Below are positions 1 to 9,815 of a stretch of 64,000 nucleotides of DNA, one piece after another. The translations under genes and the position numbers were made by a program. The stretch covers positions 384,001 to 448,000 of the forward strand of contig CAWFOM010000005.1 of the NCBI GenBank assembly GCA_963817385.1, given 5' to 3'. The notes beneath the pieces were generated by a model that ran no database searches, was not told the origin of the DNA, and worked only from the letters and a program-made list of their open reading frames with translations. Within the stretch, counting starts at the first letter, position 1, and each line of letters begins with the position of its first letter. This DNA is from an uncultured delta proteobacterium. Lineage in GTDB: Bacteria; Desulfobacterota; Syntrophia; Syntrophales; UBA5619.

Positions 1-471
1 ATTCAGGGTGGCAAAACGGACATTGCCGCCCAAAAAAAGAGGATTGCAAAGTACCGACAGACGGCTAAGGGGCGGGGTGAGCTTGAAGCAAGGCTTGTTT
101 CTCTTACCAAGTCTCTCGAACAGGCGGAAGCCGGGCTATTGACTGGAAAGACCGCGGCCCTCGCGGCGGTGGATATTCAGGACACCTTAAACCAAATTGT
201 AATCGGAAGCGGCGTGGAGATAAAGAGTGTGCAGGTGCTGAAATCTCAGAATCAGAAACAGGATGCAGAGCTTTACGTCAGCATCCCCGTCCAATTTACC
301 GTTAACGCTACAATCAGACAGTTGAAGGATATTCTCTACAAGATCGAGGCGTCATCAAAATTCTTCTTGACAGTGGAAAGGATTGCAATTAGCGTCTCTG
401 GTGCGGGAAGCCCCGGGCAAATGCGGTGTGATATCAATGTTTCGGGCATTATGAAAAATGTCAAAGAGTAA
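1..471 (+). CDS. gspM: Type II secretion inner-membrane protein, GspM/PilO-like (5' truncated by window edge)
   Basis: Frame open from base 1. Coiled coil, then LLTGKTAALAAVDIQ and a ferredoxin-like C-domain (IPVQFTV..IRQLKDILYKIE..LTVERI). Upstream of a secretin. Confidence 0.65.
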   Translation: MQGGKTDIAAQKKRIAKYRQTAKGRGELEARLVSLTKSLEQAEAGLLTGKTAALAAVDIQDTLNQIVIGSGVEIKSVQVLKSQNQKQDAELYVSIPVQFTVNATIRQLKDILYKIEASSKFFLTVERIAISVSGAGSPGQMRCDINVSGIMKNVKE

Positions 472-481
472 GGGATGGTGA

Positions 482-1198
482 ATGTTTCGAACATTTTCAA
501 AAATATGGCTGATTAATATTTCATTGGCGGTTTGTGTCGTCTTCTTTGGAATAGTGAGTTTTGATGTTTGGTCTAAAGGAGACGAAACGATTCAGGAGGT
601 GCAGACCGGCAAAAGTTCCGAGAAGCCCCTGCCCGGAAAAAGGATTATGGAGAGGACAATGCCTCCCGAATCCACCTATGGAATAGTGGCGGATAAGAAC
701 CTCTTTTCCTCGGACAGGTTGGAGTTTATTCCCACAAAAGCTGAACCGGGGCCGCTGAAAATATCAGAGAAAATGATCTTTCTGTACGGGGTTGTTTTAA
801 CGGATGATCGTAAAATGGCTCTCATCAGCAATCCCGAGACCGGATCCCAGGCCGGGAAGAAACCAGTCAGAGACAAGTGGGTAAAAGTCGGCGACACCAT
901 GGGTAATTTCAGTGTGACTGATATCAGAAAAGACAGGATCATCCTGTCTGGCGGCGCCAGAACGCACGAAATCCTTTTATATGACAAGAATAAACCGGCA
1001 AGAAAAATAGTCGTTGCAGAAAAGCCAAAAACACCTACCCCTACGGCAGGTACGACAGGATCGGCGGTGGCCGCGGCCGCCACGAAATCGGATAATCAAC
1101 CGCCCACATCCCGGATTGAAGAAGGTAAAAACGCATCAGCGGGAGAATATAGAATCGTCAACACGCCTTTTGGACCGGTTAAGCGAAGGATACAATAA
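482..1198 (+). CDS. T2SS accessory protein, GspC/PilP-like
   Basis: N-terminal TM anchor, KNLFSSDR motif, HR-like domain (FLYGVV..ALI..VKVGD..VTDI..DRIIL), low-complexity tail ending TPFGPVKRRIQ. Lies between gspM and gspD. Confidence 0.6.
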   Translation: MFRTFSKIWLINISLAVCVVFFGIVSFDVWSKGDETIQEVQTGKSSEKPLPGKRIMERTMPPESTYGIVADKNLFSSDRLEFIPTKAEPGPLKISEKMIFLYGVVLTDDRKMALISNPETGSQAGKKPVRDKWVKVGDTMGNFSVTDIRKDRIILSGGARTHEILLYDKNKPARKIVVAEKPKTPTPTAGTTGSAVAAAATKSDNQPPTSRIEEGKNASAGEYRIVNTPFGPVKRRIQ

Positions 1199-1203
1199 AC
1201 TGT

Positions 1204-3654
1204 ATGAAACAAGTTATAGCTATCTTTTTTTGCGCGCTGCTTTTTTGCGTCTCTTTTTTTACGGGTTGCGCGGGACCGACAACCCAGATCAAGGATAAAG
1301 GTGTCGCGGTAGAGGCAGCGGGTGGTGTAAAAGCTGCCGCGACGGCGGAAAAGCCGGTAGAGAAGATCTCTGTCAATGAGAAGGGGGGATCGGCAGAGGG
1401 TGGTGTAAAAGCTGCCGAGACGGTGGAAAAGCCGGCAGATAAGACCTCTGTCAATGAGAAGGGGAGATCGGCAGAGGGAGGTGTAAAAGCTGCCGGGACG
1501 GCGGAAAAGCCGGCAGAGAAGACCTATGTTGATAAGAAAGGGAAGTTTGAAATCAGCTCCACGCCATTCGGTTATGTGAAGCGGGATATAAAACCGGCTG
1601 AAAAGGAACTGAGAACACCCGCGTCTGGGCAGCAAGAGCCCGTAGTTCCGCTGACGCCGGAAGTCAAGGATCCTTCCTCTCCTCCGGCCGCTCTCCCGGC
1701 GCTTGGAGTCGAACCGGCCAGTCCCGCTCCCGGACCCTCTGAGAAATTGGAGGAGAAAAAAGTCCCTGAAAAAACCGGCCAGATCAGTTTTGATTTTGAC
1801 GATGCAGACCTCTATGCCGTGATCAGGACTATGGCCGATTTATTAAAAATCAACTACATTATTGAGCCGACTGTCAGCGGGAAGGTGACAATTCACACGG
1901 CCGGTCGTCTGAAGGTTGAGGACATTTTCCCCATCTTTTACCAGACCTTGGAGGTTAACGGCCTAACCGCCGTCAAGGAAGGAAATCTTTACAGGATATT
2001 AAAGCTCAAAGATGCTTTGCGAATGCCGATTGCTTCCAGGCTCGTCAGGGAGGCGAAAGATATCCCGCCCGAGGAAAGGATTATTCTCCAGATCATACCT
2101 CTTAAATTCATATCCACCTCGGAGGTGACCAAGGTGATAGCCCCTTTCATCTCTGCCGACGGAACGATTATCTCGGAGGTGGGGTCGAATACCCTGCTGG
2201 TGGTAGATAAGGGGATCAACATCTTTAAGGTGCTGAAACTGGTGGAGGTGTTCGATGTAAGTGTGTTCGAGAAGATAAACTATCGATTTTATACACTTGA
2301 AAATATAACCGCCGAGGATGCAGTAAAGCTTCTCAAGGAGATATTGTTAGTATCCACCAGTGGTAAAGACGATGTGAGGTTTATTCCCATCGACCGATTA
2401 AATACCCTGCTTATCATAAGTTCAAGTCCTGACATATTTGGCCGGGTGGATGCATTTATCCGTCAACTGGATATCCCAAGCGAAGCCACCAAGTCGAAAA
2501 TCTATATTTATTCTGTAAAAAACGGGATGGCCACGGAACTTGGCGACATTTTGCGATCAATTTTCAGCAGAGGAGAGGGAATAAGAAGGAGTGCCGGAAA
2601 GGAAAGTGTGCCCACGAATCCATTCGCCAAGGGTTACACAGAGAGGAAGACAGCAGCAACACCGGCAGCAGCAACACCAGCAGCAACACCAGCGATAGCA
2701 CCGGCAGCAACACCGCCAACACCAGCAACGACGCCAGCAGCAGCAACTGCAACGGAAACGGGTCCCTCGGGTACCTTGCGAGGGGAGATAAAGATAACGG
2801 CAGATCCAATACGAAACGCCCTGATTATTGAGGCTATCCCCGGAGATTATCAGATCGTTGAAAAGGTTCTTGGGCGTCTGGATGTCCTCCCGCGACAGGT
2901 GCTGATAGAGGTTATGATCGCTGAAATCTCCCTCGGGAAGGGAACAGAATTAGGCATAGAGTGGACTTTTAAAAAAGATGCCTGGACCGATTCGGGTCCT
3001 GTGAGTGCCACTATAGGCGCCTCCGGTCTCCAATATGCCTTAGGTCTGTCACAAAAATGGCAGGTTGCCCTGCATGCACTTGCGAATGATAGCAAACTCA
3101 ATATCCTCTCCTCCCCAAGCGTTCTTGCCTCCGACAATAAACCGGCCAAAATTGACGTGACGACAGAAGTGCCCATCCCCAGCACAACCTACCAGATACA
3201 GACCACCGCACCGAGCGTGCTGGAAACCAAAGTCGAGTACCGAAATACCGGTGTCATCCTTGACGTCACGCCGCATATCAATGAATACGGCCTGGTAACC
3301 ATGGATATCAGCCAGGAGGTGAGCAATGTAGGCGAACTTCTGAAGGTGGCCGGCCAGGATTATTATACCTTTAACAAAAGAAAGGTAACGACGTCTTTGA
3401 CGGTAAAACACAATCAGGCAATCGTCATAGGAGGGCTGATCAGCAACTCAAAGACTGATGCGGCGAGCGGCGTGCCCTGGTTGGTCAACATTCCGCTCAT
3501 CCGGTGGTTGTTTGGAACGGAGACAACAAAAGTAGCCAAGTCGGAACTGATCGTCATGATCACCCCCCACGTGATTACCAGTCTGGATGATGTAGATGCC
3601 GTCAGCGATGAGTTCAAGAAGAAGATAGGAAATGCCATGAGTATAATGAGGTAA
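1204..3654 (+). CDS. gspD: Type II secretion secretin with lipoprotein signal
   Basis: Lipobox FFTG-C. N0 domain (FDFDDADL..INYIIEPTVSGKVTI), N domains and secretin domain (PRQVLIEV, NILSSPS, TGVILDVTPHI, SGVPWLVNIPLIRWLFG, ELIVMITPHVI). Confidence 0.95.
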   Translation: MKQVIAIFFCALLFCVSFFTGCAGPTTQIKDKGVAVEAAGGVKAAATAEKPVEKISVNEKGGSAEGGVKAAETVEKPADKTSVNEKGRSAEGGVKAAGTAEKPAEKTYVDKKGKFEISSTPFGYVKRDIKPAEKELRTPASGQQEPVVPLTPEVKDPSSPPAALPALGVEPASPAPGPSEKLEEKKVPEKTGQISFDFDDADLYAVIRTMADLLKINYIIEPTVSGKVTIHTAGRLKVEDIFPIFYQTLEVNGLTAVKEGNLYRILKLKDALRMPIASRLVREAKDIPPEERIILQIIPLKFISTSEVTKVIAPFISADGTIISEVGSNTLLVVDKGINIFKVLKLVEVFDVSVFEKINYRFYTLENITAEDAVKLLKEILLVSTSGKDDVRFIPIDRLNTLLIISSSPDIFGRVDAFIRQLDIPSEATKSKIYIYSVKNGMATELGDILRSIFSRGEGIRRSAGKESVPTNPFAKGYTERKTAATPAAATPAATPAIAPAATPPTPATTPAAATATETGPSGTLRGEIKITADPIRNALIIEAIPGDYQIVEKVLGRLDVLPRQVLIEVMIAEISLGKGTELGIEWTFKKDAWTDSGPVSATIGASGLQYALGLSQKWQVALHALANDSKLNILSSPSVLASDNKPAKIDVTTEVPIPSTTYQIQTTAPSVLETKVEYRNTGVILDVTPHINEYGLVTMDISQEVSNVGELLKVAGQDYYTFNKRKVTTSLTVKHNQAIVIGGLISNSKTDAASGVPWLVNIPLIRWLFGTETTKVAKSELIVMITPHVITSLDDVDAVSDEFKKKIGNAMSIMR
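1315..1545 (+). repeat. Three in-frame 78-bp (26-aa) tandem repeats in the secretin N-terminus
   Basis: GG(T/A)GGTGTAAAAGCTGCC recurs at 1321, 1399 and 1477. Unit GGVKAAxTxEKPxxKxSVNEKGxSAE. Confidence 0.95.
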
Positions 3655-3755
3655 AATGGAACGGAAAAACATGAAAATACCTCTCGAACAGAGCTTCATG
3701 GATATTAATTGATTATTAGCAAAAAGCCTCATGAGTAATAGAAGCAGCATCATAT

Positions 3756-4491
3756 CCCCCGCAAAACGCTAAGACCCTCAAAGTCACCCCCATGAATACC
3801 CTCAACGTGACGATAGAAGATGCAAAGGCGGCGTCCGCGGCCATTGTAAAATATCTGAAGCCGCGTTCCGTCATTCTTTTCGGGTCAGTCGCCAGGGAGG
3901 GTCGGGGAAGCGATCTCGATCTCCTGGTCGTCACCGATGAAGCGTCCAATCAGCCAGAGAATGGTGATCTTCTGCTTCATCGTTGCCTCCGGCGTTATCA
4001 CAAAAGGTTCCCCATCGACTCTTTTATCGTGCCATTGGCGAAACTGAGAGCCGGTTTTCGCAGGGGGAGCCCTTTTTTGCGCATGATCGCGAGGGAAGGG
4101 AGGACGTTGTATATGCGTAATGCAATCCGGGAGTGGCTCGGGGAAGCCCGGGACGAGTTTGACATGGCGTCCTACCTGTTGAAGGGCAGGTTTTTTAAAG
4201 GCGCCTGCTACCATGCTCAGCAGGCTCTTGAAAAAGCCATCAAGGCGCAATTGCTGGCAAAGGGCTGGGATCTCGAAAAGACGCACAGCATCGAGCGGCT
4301 TGTTGCCATCTGCCGGGACTTCAAGGTAAAAATCAATCTTTCGGACAGCGATATCGTCTTCATGGACAGCATTTACCGGGGAAGATACCCCATCGATCGG
4401 GGCCTGCTCCCTCTGGGTGAGCCGGAGGAAGGAGACGCTGCAAGGGCCGTGGAGATCGCAGCCCTCATACTGACCCCCCGCAAAACGCTAA
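3756..4491 (+). repeat. Direct repeats flanking the MNT-HEPN gene
   Basis: Identical 17-mer CCCCCGCAAAACGCTAA at 3756-3772 and 4475-4491. Degenerate copies at 4611-4628 and 30329-30339. Confidence 0.85.
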
Positions 4492-4514
4492 ATTTAAAGA
4501 CCCCCAAAACGTAA
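3792..4514 (+). CDS. Fused minimal nucleotidyltransferase (MNT) + HEPN domain protein
   Basis: VILFGSVAREGRGSDLDLLVV (pol-beta NTase motif), then WL..A..DxxxAxYL..ACYHAQQALEKAIKA..KTHSI..RYP (HEPN). Confidence 0.9.
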   Translation: MNTLNVTIEDAKAASAAIVKYLKPRSVILFGSVAREGRGSDLDLLVVTDEASNQPENGDLLLHRCLRRYHKRFPIDSFIVPLAKLRAGFRRGSPFLRMIAREGRTLYMRNAIREWLGEARDEFDMASYLLKGRFFKGACYHAQQALEKAIKAQLLAKGWDLEKTHSIERLVAICRDFKVKINLSDSDIVFMDSIYRGRYPIDRGLLPLGEPEEGDAARAVEIAALILTPRKTLNLKTPKT

Positions 4515-4600
4515 ATGGACATAACTGCCAAACTGACTGACGTTATCTGGGATACGGAGACGGTCCATCGGGATATTTTTCATTGGCAGGAGAACTCCCT
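4515..4600 (+). pseudogene. Possible C-terminal fragment of a DUF86/HepT-like gene
   Basis: Translates LTDVIWDTETVHRDIF, resembling the DUF86 'D..IVWDTV..DLP' tail. Short and weak. Confidence 0.25.
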
Positions 4601-4648
4601 CACCTCTCCACCCCCCGTAAAAAGCTGATTGGTCGGATACAGAAAAAC

Positions 4649-5608
4649 ATGAAAAAATATCTCATTACCGGATATTCCGGATTTGTCAGCCGTCACTTTC
4701 TGGAATATCTCGATAAAAATGAGACATATTCGTACATCAAGGGATTAGACGTACAAAAACCTGAATTCTCGCACAATTCATATAAGAACATCCGATTGGA
4801 CTTCGAAAAAATTGATCTGCTCGATCGGGATCGCGTTGAAAGCATCATCTTCAACTTTCAGCCGGACTATATTGTCCATCTCGCATCATACAGCAGCGTG
4901 GCCTTCAGTTGGAAGGAACCCATCTTAAGTTTCCAAAACAATATGAATATTTACTTGAATTTGCTTGAATCCATCAGGAAATTGAATCTGCCCGCGAGGA
5001 TTTTGTCGATTGGATCTTCGGAGGAATACGGCAATGTGGATGAAAGCTCTCTGCCCTTGACGGAAGCGCACATACCAAAGCCGGTCAGCCCCTATGCGGT
5101 AGCCAGGGTTTCACAAGAGATGATTTCGAAGGTTTATGTTGACGGATACGGTCTGGACATCATCATGACCCGATCCTTCAACCACATCGGACCATTCCAG
5201 AGAGACATATTTGTCATATCATCATTTGCCAAGCAGCTTGTGGAGATTAAAAAGAGTGGAAATAGCACTGGTGAATTGATGACGGGAGATACATCTATTG
5301 TCAGAGATTTCACGGATGTGAGAGATGTAGTCGTGGCCTATGATCTGTTGTTGAAAAAGGGAAAAACCGGAGAAATCTATAATGTCTGCAGCGGCAAGGG
5401 AACGTCATTAAACGATGTCATCGGTATCATGGCAAAAATATTGGATTTAACTATTCATACTCGGGTTAACGAAAAGTTGGTGCGGCCGGACGACAATAAA
5501 ATCATCATCGGTTCCAATGAAAAAATAAAGAAAGAAATCGGCTGGGATGTCGGCATTTCCCTGGAACGGAGTCTAAGTGACAGCATGGACTATTGGCTAA
5601 AAAGCTAA
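4649..5608 (+). CDS. rmd: GDP-4-keto-6-deoxy-D-mannose reductase-like SDR (RMD/GMD family)
   Basis: LITGYSGFVS, HLASYSSVAFSW, GSSEEYG, SPYAVAR, TRSFNHIGPFQ, RDFTDVRDVV. ATG 4649 chosen over the upstream TTG. Confidence 0.8.
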   Translation: MKKYLITGYSGFVSRHFLEYLDKNETYSYIKGLDVQKPEFSHNSYKNIRLDFEKIDLLDRDRVESIIFNFQPDYIVHLASYSSVAFSWKEPILSFQNNMNIYLNLLESIRKLNLPARILSIGSSEEYGNVDESSLPLTEAHIPKPVSPYAVARVSQEMISKVYVDGYGLDIIMTRSFNHIGPFQRDIFVISSFAKQLVEIKKSGNSTGELMTGDTSIVRDFTDVRDVVVAYDLLLKKGKTGEIYNVCSGKGTSLNDVIGIMAKILDLTIHTRVNEKLVRPDDNKIIIGSNEKIKKEIGWDVGISLERSLSDSMDYWLKS

Positions 5609-5659
5609 TGATTTATTTTCACAAATGCACGACCACGACCTGACCCCCCCTATCATCAG

Positions 5660-6740
5660 ATGAAAATCGCCGCCATCATCGGCGCCCGGCCTCAGTTCAT
5701 TAAAGCCGCAGCGATATCCCGCGCCATCGCCGGGCATAATCGGACCAATTCATCGCCCGTCATCGAAGAGATCCTTGTCCACACCGGCCAGCACTATGAT
5801 GACGACATGTCGGCCATATTTTTCAGAGAACTCGAAATTCCCGAACCAAAGTACAATTTGAATATCGGGTCCGGTTCTCACGGCCGTCAGACAGGGCGGA
5901 TGCTGATGGCCATCGAAGAGGTCCTTCTCAAGGAAAAGCCGGATTGGGTATTGATTTATGGCGATACCAATACCACGCTGGCCGGCGCCCTTGCCGCGGC
6001 GAAGCTTCATATCCGCATCGCCCATGTAGAGGCGGGCCTGCGCAGCTTCAATCGCCTGATGCCGGAAGAGATCAACCGGGTCGTGGCCGATCAGCTCTCC
6101 CATCTATTGCTTTGCCCCAGCCAGGATGCCGTCAACAATCTCGCTGCGGAAGGGATCACAAAGGGCGTATTGATAACTGGGGATGTCATGGCCGACGCCC
6201 TGCAATTCGCCGCGACAAAAGCGTCAGCCCATTCGGATATCCTGGCCCGCCTGGACGCTTCAGCCGCAAGGCTATCTCCTGGCCACGGTCCATCGCGCCG
6301 AAAACACGGATAACAACCAAAGACTCAACAATATCCTGTCGGCCTTCGCCGCTTTGAACGAAACCGTCGTCTTCCCCGCCCATCCCCGGACACGCAAGTT
6401 TTTACAGGAAACAGGTTATCAGCCACCGGAAAACGTGAAGTTAATCGATCCTGTAGGTTATTTCGACATCATTGCCCTGGAAAAGTCGGCGCGGCTCCTT
6501 CTTACAGACTCAGGGGGTATGCAGAAAGAGGCCTATTGGCTGAAGGTTCCCTGTATTACCCTGCGGGATGAAACGGAATGGATCGAAACAGTGGATCTGG
6601 GATGGAACATCCTGACCGGCGCAAATCGTGATCGGATTATCGAGACGGTTCATACTTTTAAAGCGCCCTCCGAACATCCGCCTCTCTATGGGGATGGCAA
6701 GGCAGCAGCACATTGCCTGAAAGCATTGTTGGAATCGTAA
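5660..6740 (+). CDS. wecB: UDP-GlcNAc 2-epimerase family, WecB/WbpI-like (one +1 frameshift near 6255)
   Basis: [22 protein letters not shown] and [10 protein letters not shown] in the first frame. [20 protein letters not shown] and LRDETEW in the next frame. Confidence 0.9.
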
Positions 6741-6762
6741 TTGCCCAAAAAGGAAGGAATTC

Positions 6763-8389
6763 ATGACTGAAAAAAACATCGCCGTCATCGGCGCCGGATA
6801 CTGGGGAAAGAACCTGGTCCGCAATTTCCATCAACTCGGCGTTCTTAAAACGATCTGCGATGGCGCTCAACCCATTCGTGAGGAAATGAGCAAGACCTAT
6901 CCGGATGTGTTCATCACCGCCAATGTCTCCGATGTCCTCAAGGATAATGATATAACAGGCGTAGTTATCGCCGCACCGGCCGCCCTTCATTTTGAAATTG
7001 CAGAAAAAGCCTTGCAAGCCGGCAAGCACGTCTTTGTGGAAAAGCCTCTGTCCCTCACCCACGGGGATGGCGAAAAGCTGGTCCGCCTGGCTGCGGAAAG
7101 ACAAAAGACGCTCTTTGTCGGACACATCCTGCATTACCATGCGGCCGTCATCAGGCTGAAGGAAATGATCAAGGCCGGAGAAATCGGCCGCCTCCAGTAT
7201 ATTTATTCCCGACGCTTAAGCCTGGGCAAGATTCGCCGGGAGGAAAACATCCTCTGGTCTTTCGCCCCCCACGATATTTCCATCATCCTGAGCCTTACCG
7301 GCGAGGAACCTTCATACGTCGATTCTGTCGGCAGCAATTTCCTTCATGCCCGAATTGCCGATGTCACCATGACGAATCTCAAGTTTCCCTCGGGCATCGG
7401 TGCCCATATCTTCGTGAGCTGGCTCAATCCCTACAAGGAGCAAAAACTCGTCATCGTGGGCAGCAACGGGATGTTCGTCTTCGACGACACGGAGCCCATA
7501 GAAACAAAGCTGGTTCTTTATCCCCACACGATCAACTGGCAAAACGGCCTCCCCGTGCCCCACAAGGCGGAAAGCAAACCCATCGATATCAGCCAAATCT
7601 GGAAAGAACCCTTGAGAGCCGAATGCGAGGCATTTCTTGACGCAATCCGGACCGGAACCCCGCCCATCACCTCCGGCGAAGAAGGCCTCCGGGTCCTGAA
7701 AATCCTGGAACTCAGCCAGCAATCCATTGAGACAAAAAGGAAAATGCCCAGTTCTCCGGCACCTAAAACGGAATCAGGGGACGTGACCCGAATTCGAATG
7801 AATTCGGATCGAGTCCCCTGATTACTTCGACGTCTTCATCCACCCAACCGCCATCATCGACGACGATGTCGAAATCGGCAAAAACACCAAAATCTGGCAC
7901 TTCTCCCACATCCTCTCCGGCTCCAAAATCGGCGAAAACTGCAACATCGGCCAGAACGTCGTCATCGGACCCGACGTCACCATCGGCAACAAGTGCAAGA
8001 TCCAGAACAATGTCAGCGTCTATAAAGGCGTCACCTTGGAAGACGGCGTCTTCTGCGGTCCTTCCATGGTCTTCACCAATATCTACAATCCAAGGGCGGA
8101 AATCTCCAAGATGGACCAGGTCCGCCCCACCCTCGTCAAGAAAGGTGCCACCCTGGGGGCAAACTGCACCATCGTCTGCGGCCACACCATCGGCCAATAC
8201 GCCTTCATCGGTGCCGGGGCTGTGGTCACAAAGGATGTCCCCGATCACGCCCTCATGGTGGGCAATCCAGCCAAACAAATCGGCTGGATCTGTCAATGCG
8301 GGGAAAAGTTAAATCATAATCTAACTTGTTCGCAGTGTAGCAGTAAATATAAAAAAGATGCCAATGGTCTAACAAACATAGTAGGATAA
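6763..8389 (+). CDS. Gfo/Idh/MocA dehydrogenase (WbpB-like) fused to hexapeptide N-acetyltransferase (WbpD-like); +1 frameshift in the linker at about 7802-7819
   Basis: [20 protein letters not shown]. From 7820, with no start codon of its own: [59 protein letters not shown]. Confidence 0.85.
7772..7823. repeat. 52-bp REP-like palindrome within the WbpB-WbpD linker
   Basis: Outer arms AATCAGGGGAC/GTCCCCTGATT (11 bp perfect). Inner arms CCGAATTC/GAATTCGG around a GAAT loop. Confidence 0.9.
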
Positions 8390-8484
8390 TTAAGCCCCTT
8401 TGAGCGTATCATGATAATGCAAGTATTATCATCGCTCTATTAATTTCTTCCCGGGAAATAGAGTAAGAAGATCAAAAAAGATAA

Positions 8485-9763
8485 ATGTTAAAACTAATTC
8501 GATTAACAGTTTTTTTACAGGCGTTCGGCTACCTATTTCAGTTTGTAGCGTTTTTTTTATTTGCCAAGATGCTCGGGTCAGAAAATCAAGGAATATTAAG
8601 TATATTCAGATCTGCTGGACAAATAATTGCCTCATTATTATTGCTCGGTTTACCAGGTGGAATCATTTATTTTGTTGGGAAAGATAGAAACCTTTTGGGG
8701 TCAGTAATCAAAAATTGCTTAAAATCATTAGTTATTGCATTCCCGCTGCTAATTATATTCCTTTATATGCCACTGGTAAATGGATTACTAAAAAAATACG
8801 GAATTGGAGATTATATTGCATACTTGGTTATGTTTATTTTTTTCTTATCCTGTTTGGGAGTTTTTGAGCCATCAATTCTTGGCATACAAAAATATTTGTT
8901 CTACAATCTATTTACGTTTGGATGCTGGGACTATAATAATTATTTTTTCAATTTCAATCTGGTTTATACCTCCGGGAAATAATAAGCTACTATTATCTAT
9001 CGTTGCATATCTCGCCACGTATGGACTCATGTTTATTTATGGTGCAGTTCTAATATATAATGAAAAAAAGAAGATAAGTAATCATGAAATAAAGCAATCT
9101 TTTTTGGAACAGTTCCAAGTGGGAATCAGGGGATTTATTTCCACGATATCAGCATTATTACTTTACCGATTGGATTTATTTCTCGTTGGTTATTTTCTCT
9201 CGTTGAAAGAAGTTGGGATTTACTCAATAGCATTGTTTAGTACTGAAATGCTAACAAAAATACCTGCATGGTCTGCTGCGGTTCTTACGCCGATGGTTGC
9301 CGGCAACGTAAAAGAGCACATCAAACACACAATTTATCTTTTTTATTCTGCAATTATTGGTACATTTTTTGTTGGACTTATCTTCCTATTGACGATTGCT
9401 ATTTTTTCTAATTTTATTTCAAATTTGATTGGAAAAGATTTCGAGGGAGTTGAAATATGTATGCTCTTGCTGTTACCCCGGATTATCATGCAGAGTGGCG
9501 TTGTAATCTTGGCCGCAAATTTGGCAGGCAAAGGGTATCCATGGTATCATCCAATTGGATGTGCCATACCGCTTGTCCTTTTAATTCTCTTAGACAGTCA
9601 ACTCATCCCCTTATTGGGTATCTATGGTGCTGCGCTTGGAAATTCCTTAGCATATATTAGTGCTGTAATCATTTTTTGGAGAGGATTTCTTAAATATAAT
9701 GATCGTGATGAAAGTCTAAATCTGAAATCATATTGGTATACAATTCGAGGATACGTTCACTAA
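8485..9763 (+). CDS. wzx: Polysaccharide flippase, MOP family (+1 frameshift near 8920)
   Basis: Multi-TM protein with AKMLGSENQG, LGLPGGIIYFV, LLYRLDLFLVGYFLSLKEVGIYSIA and LIPLLGIYGAALG. Confidence 0.85.
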
Positions 9764-9815
9764 AATTTATGTCTTTTAATCCGTAAATTGACATAACATT
9801 GGCACCCAGAGAATT

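Noticed and set aside
1315..1545. Regular repeats as a CRISPR array
   Set aside because: In-frame 78-bp coding repeats with no unique spacers and no cas genes.
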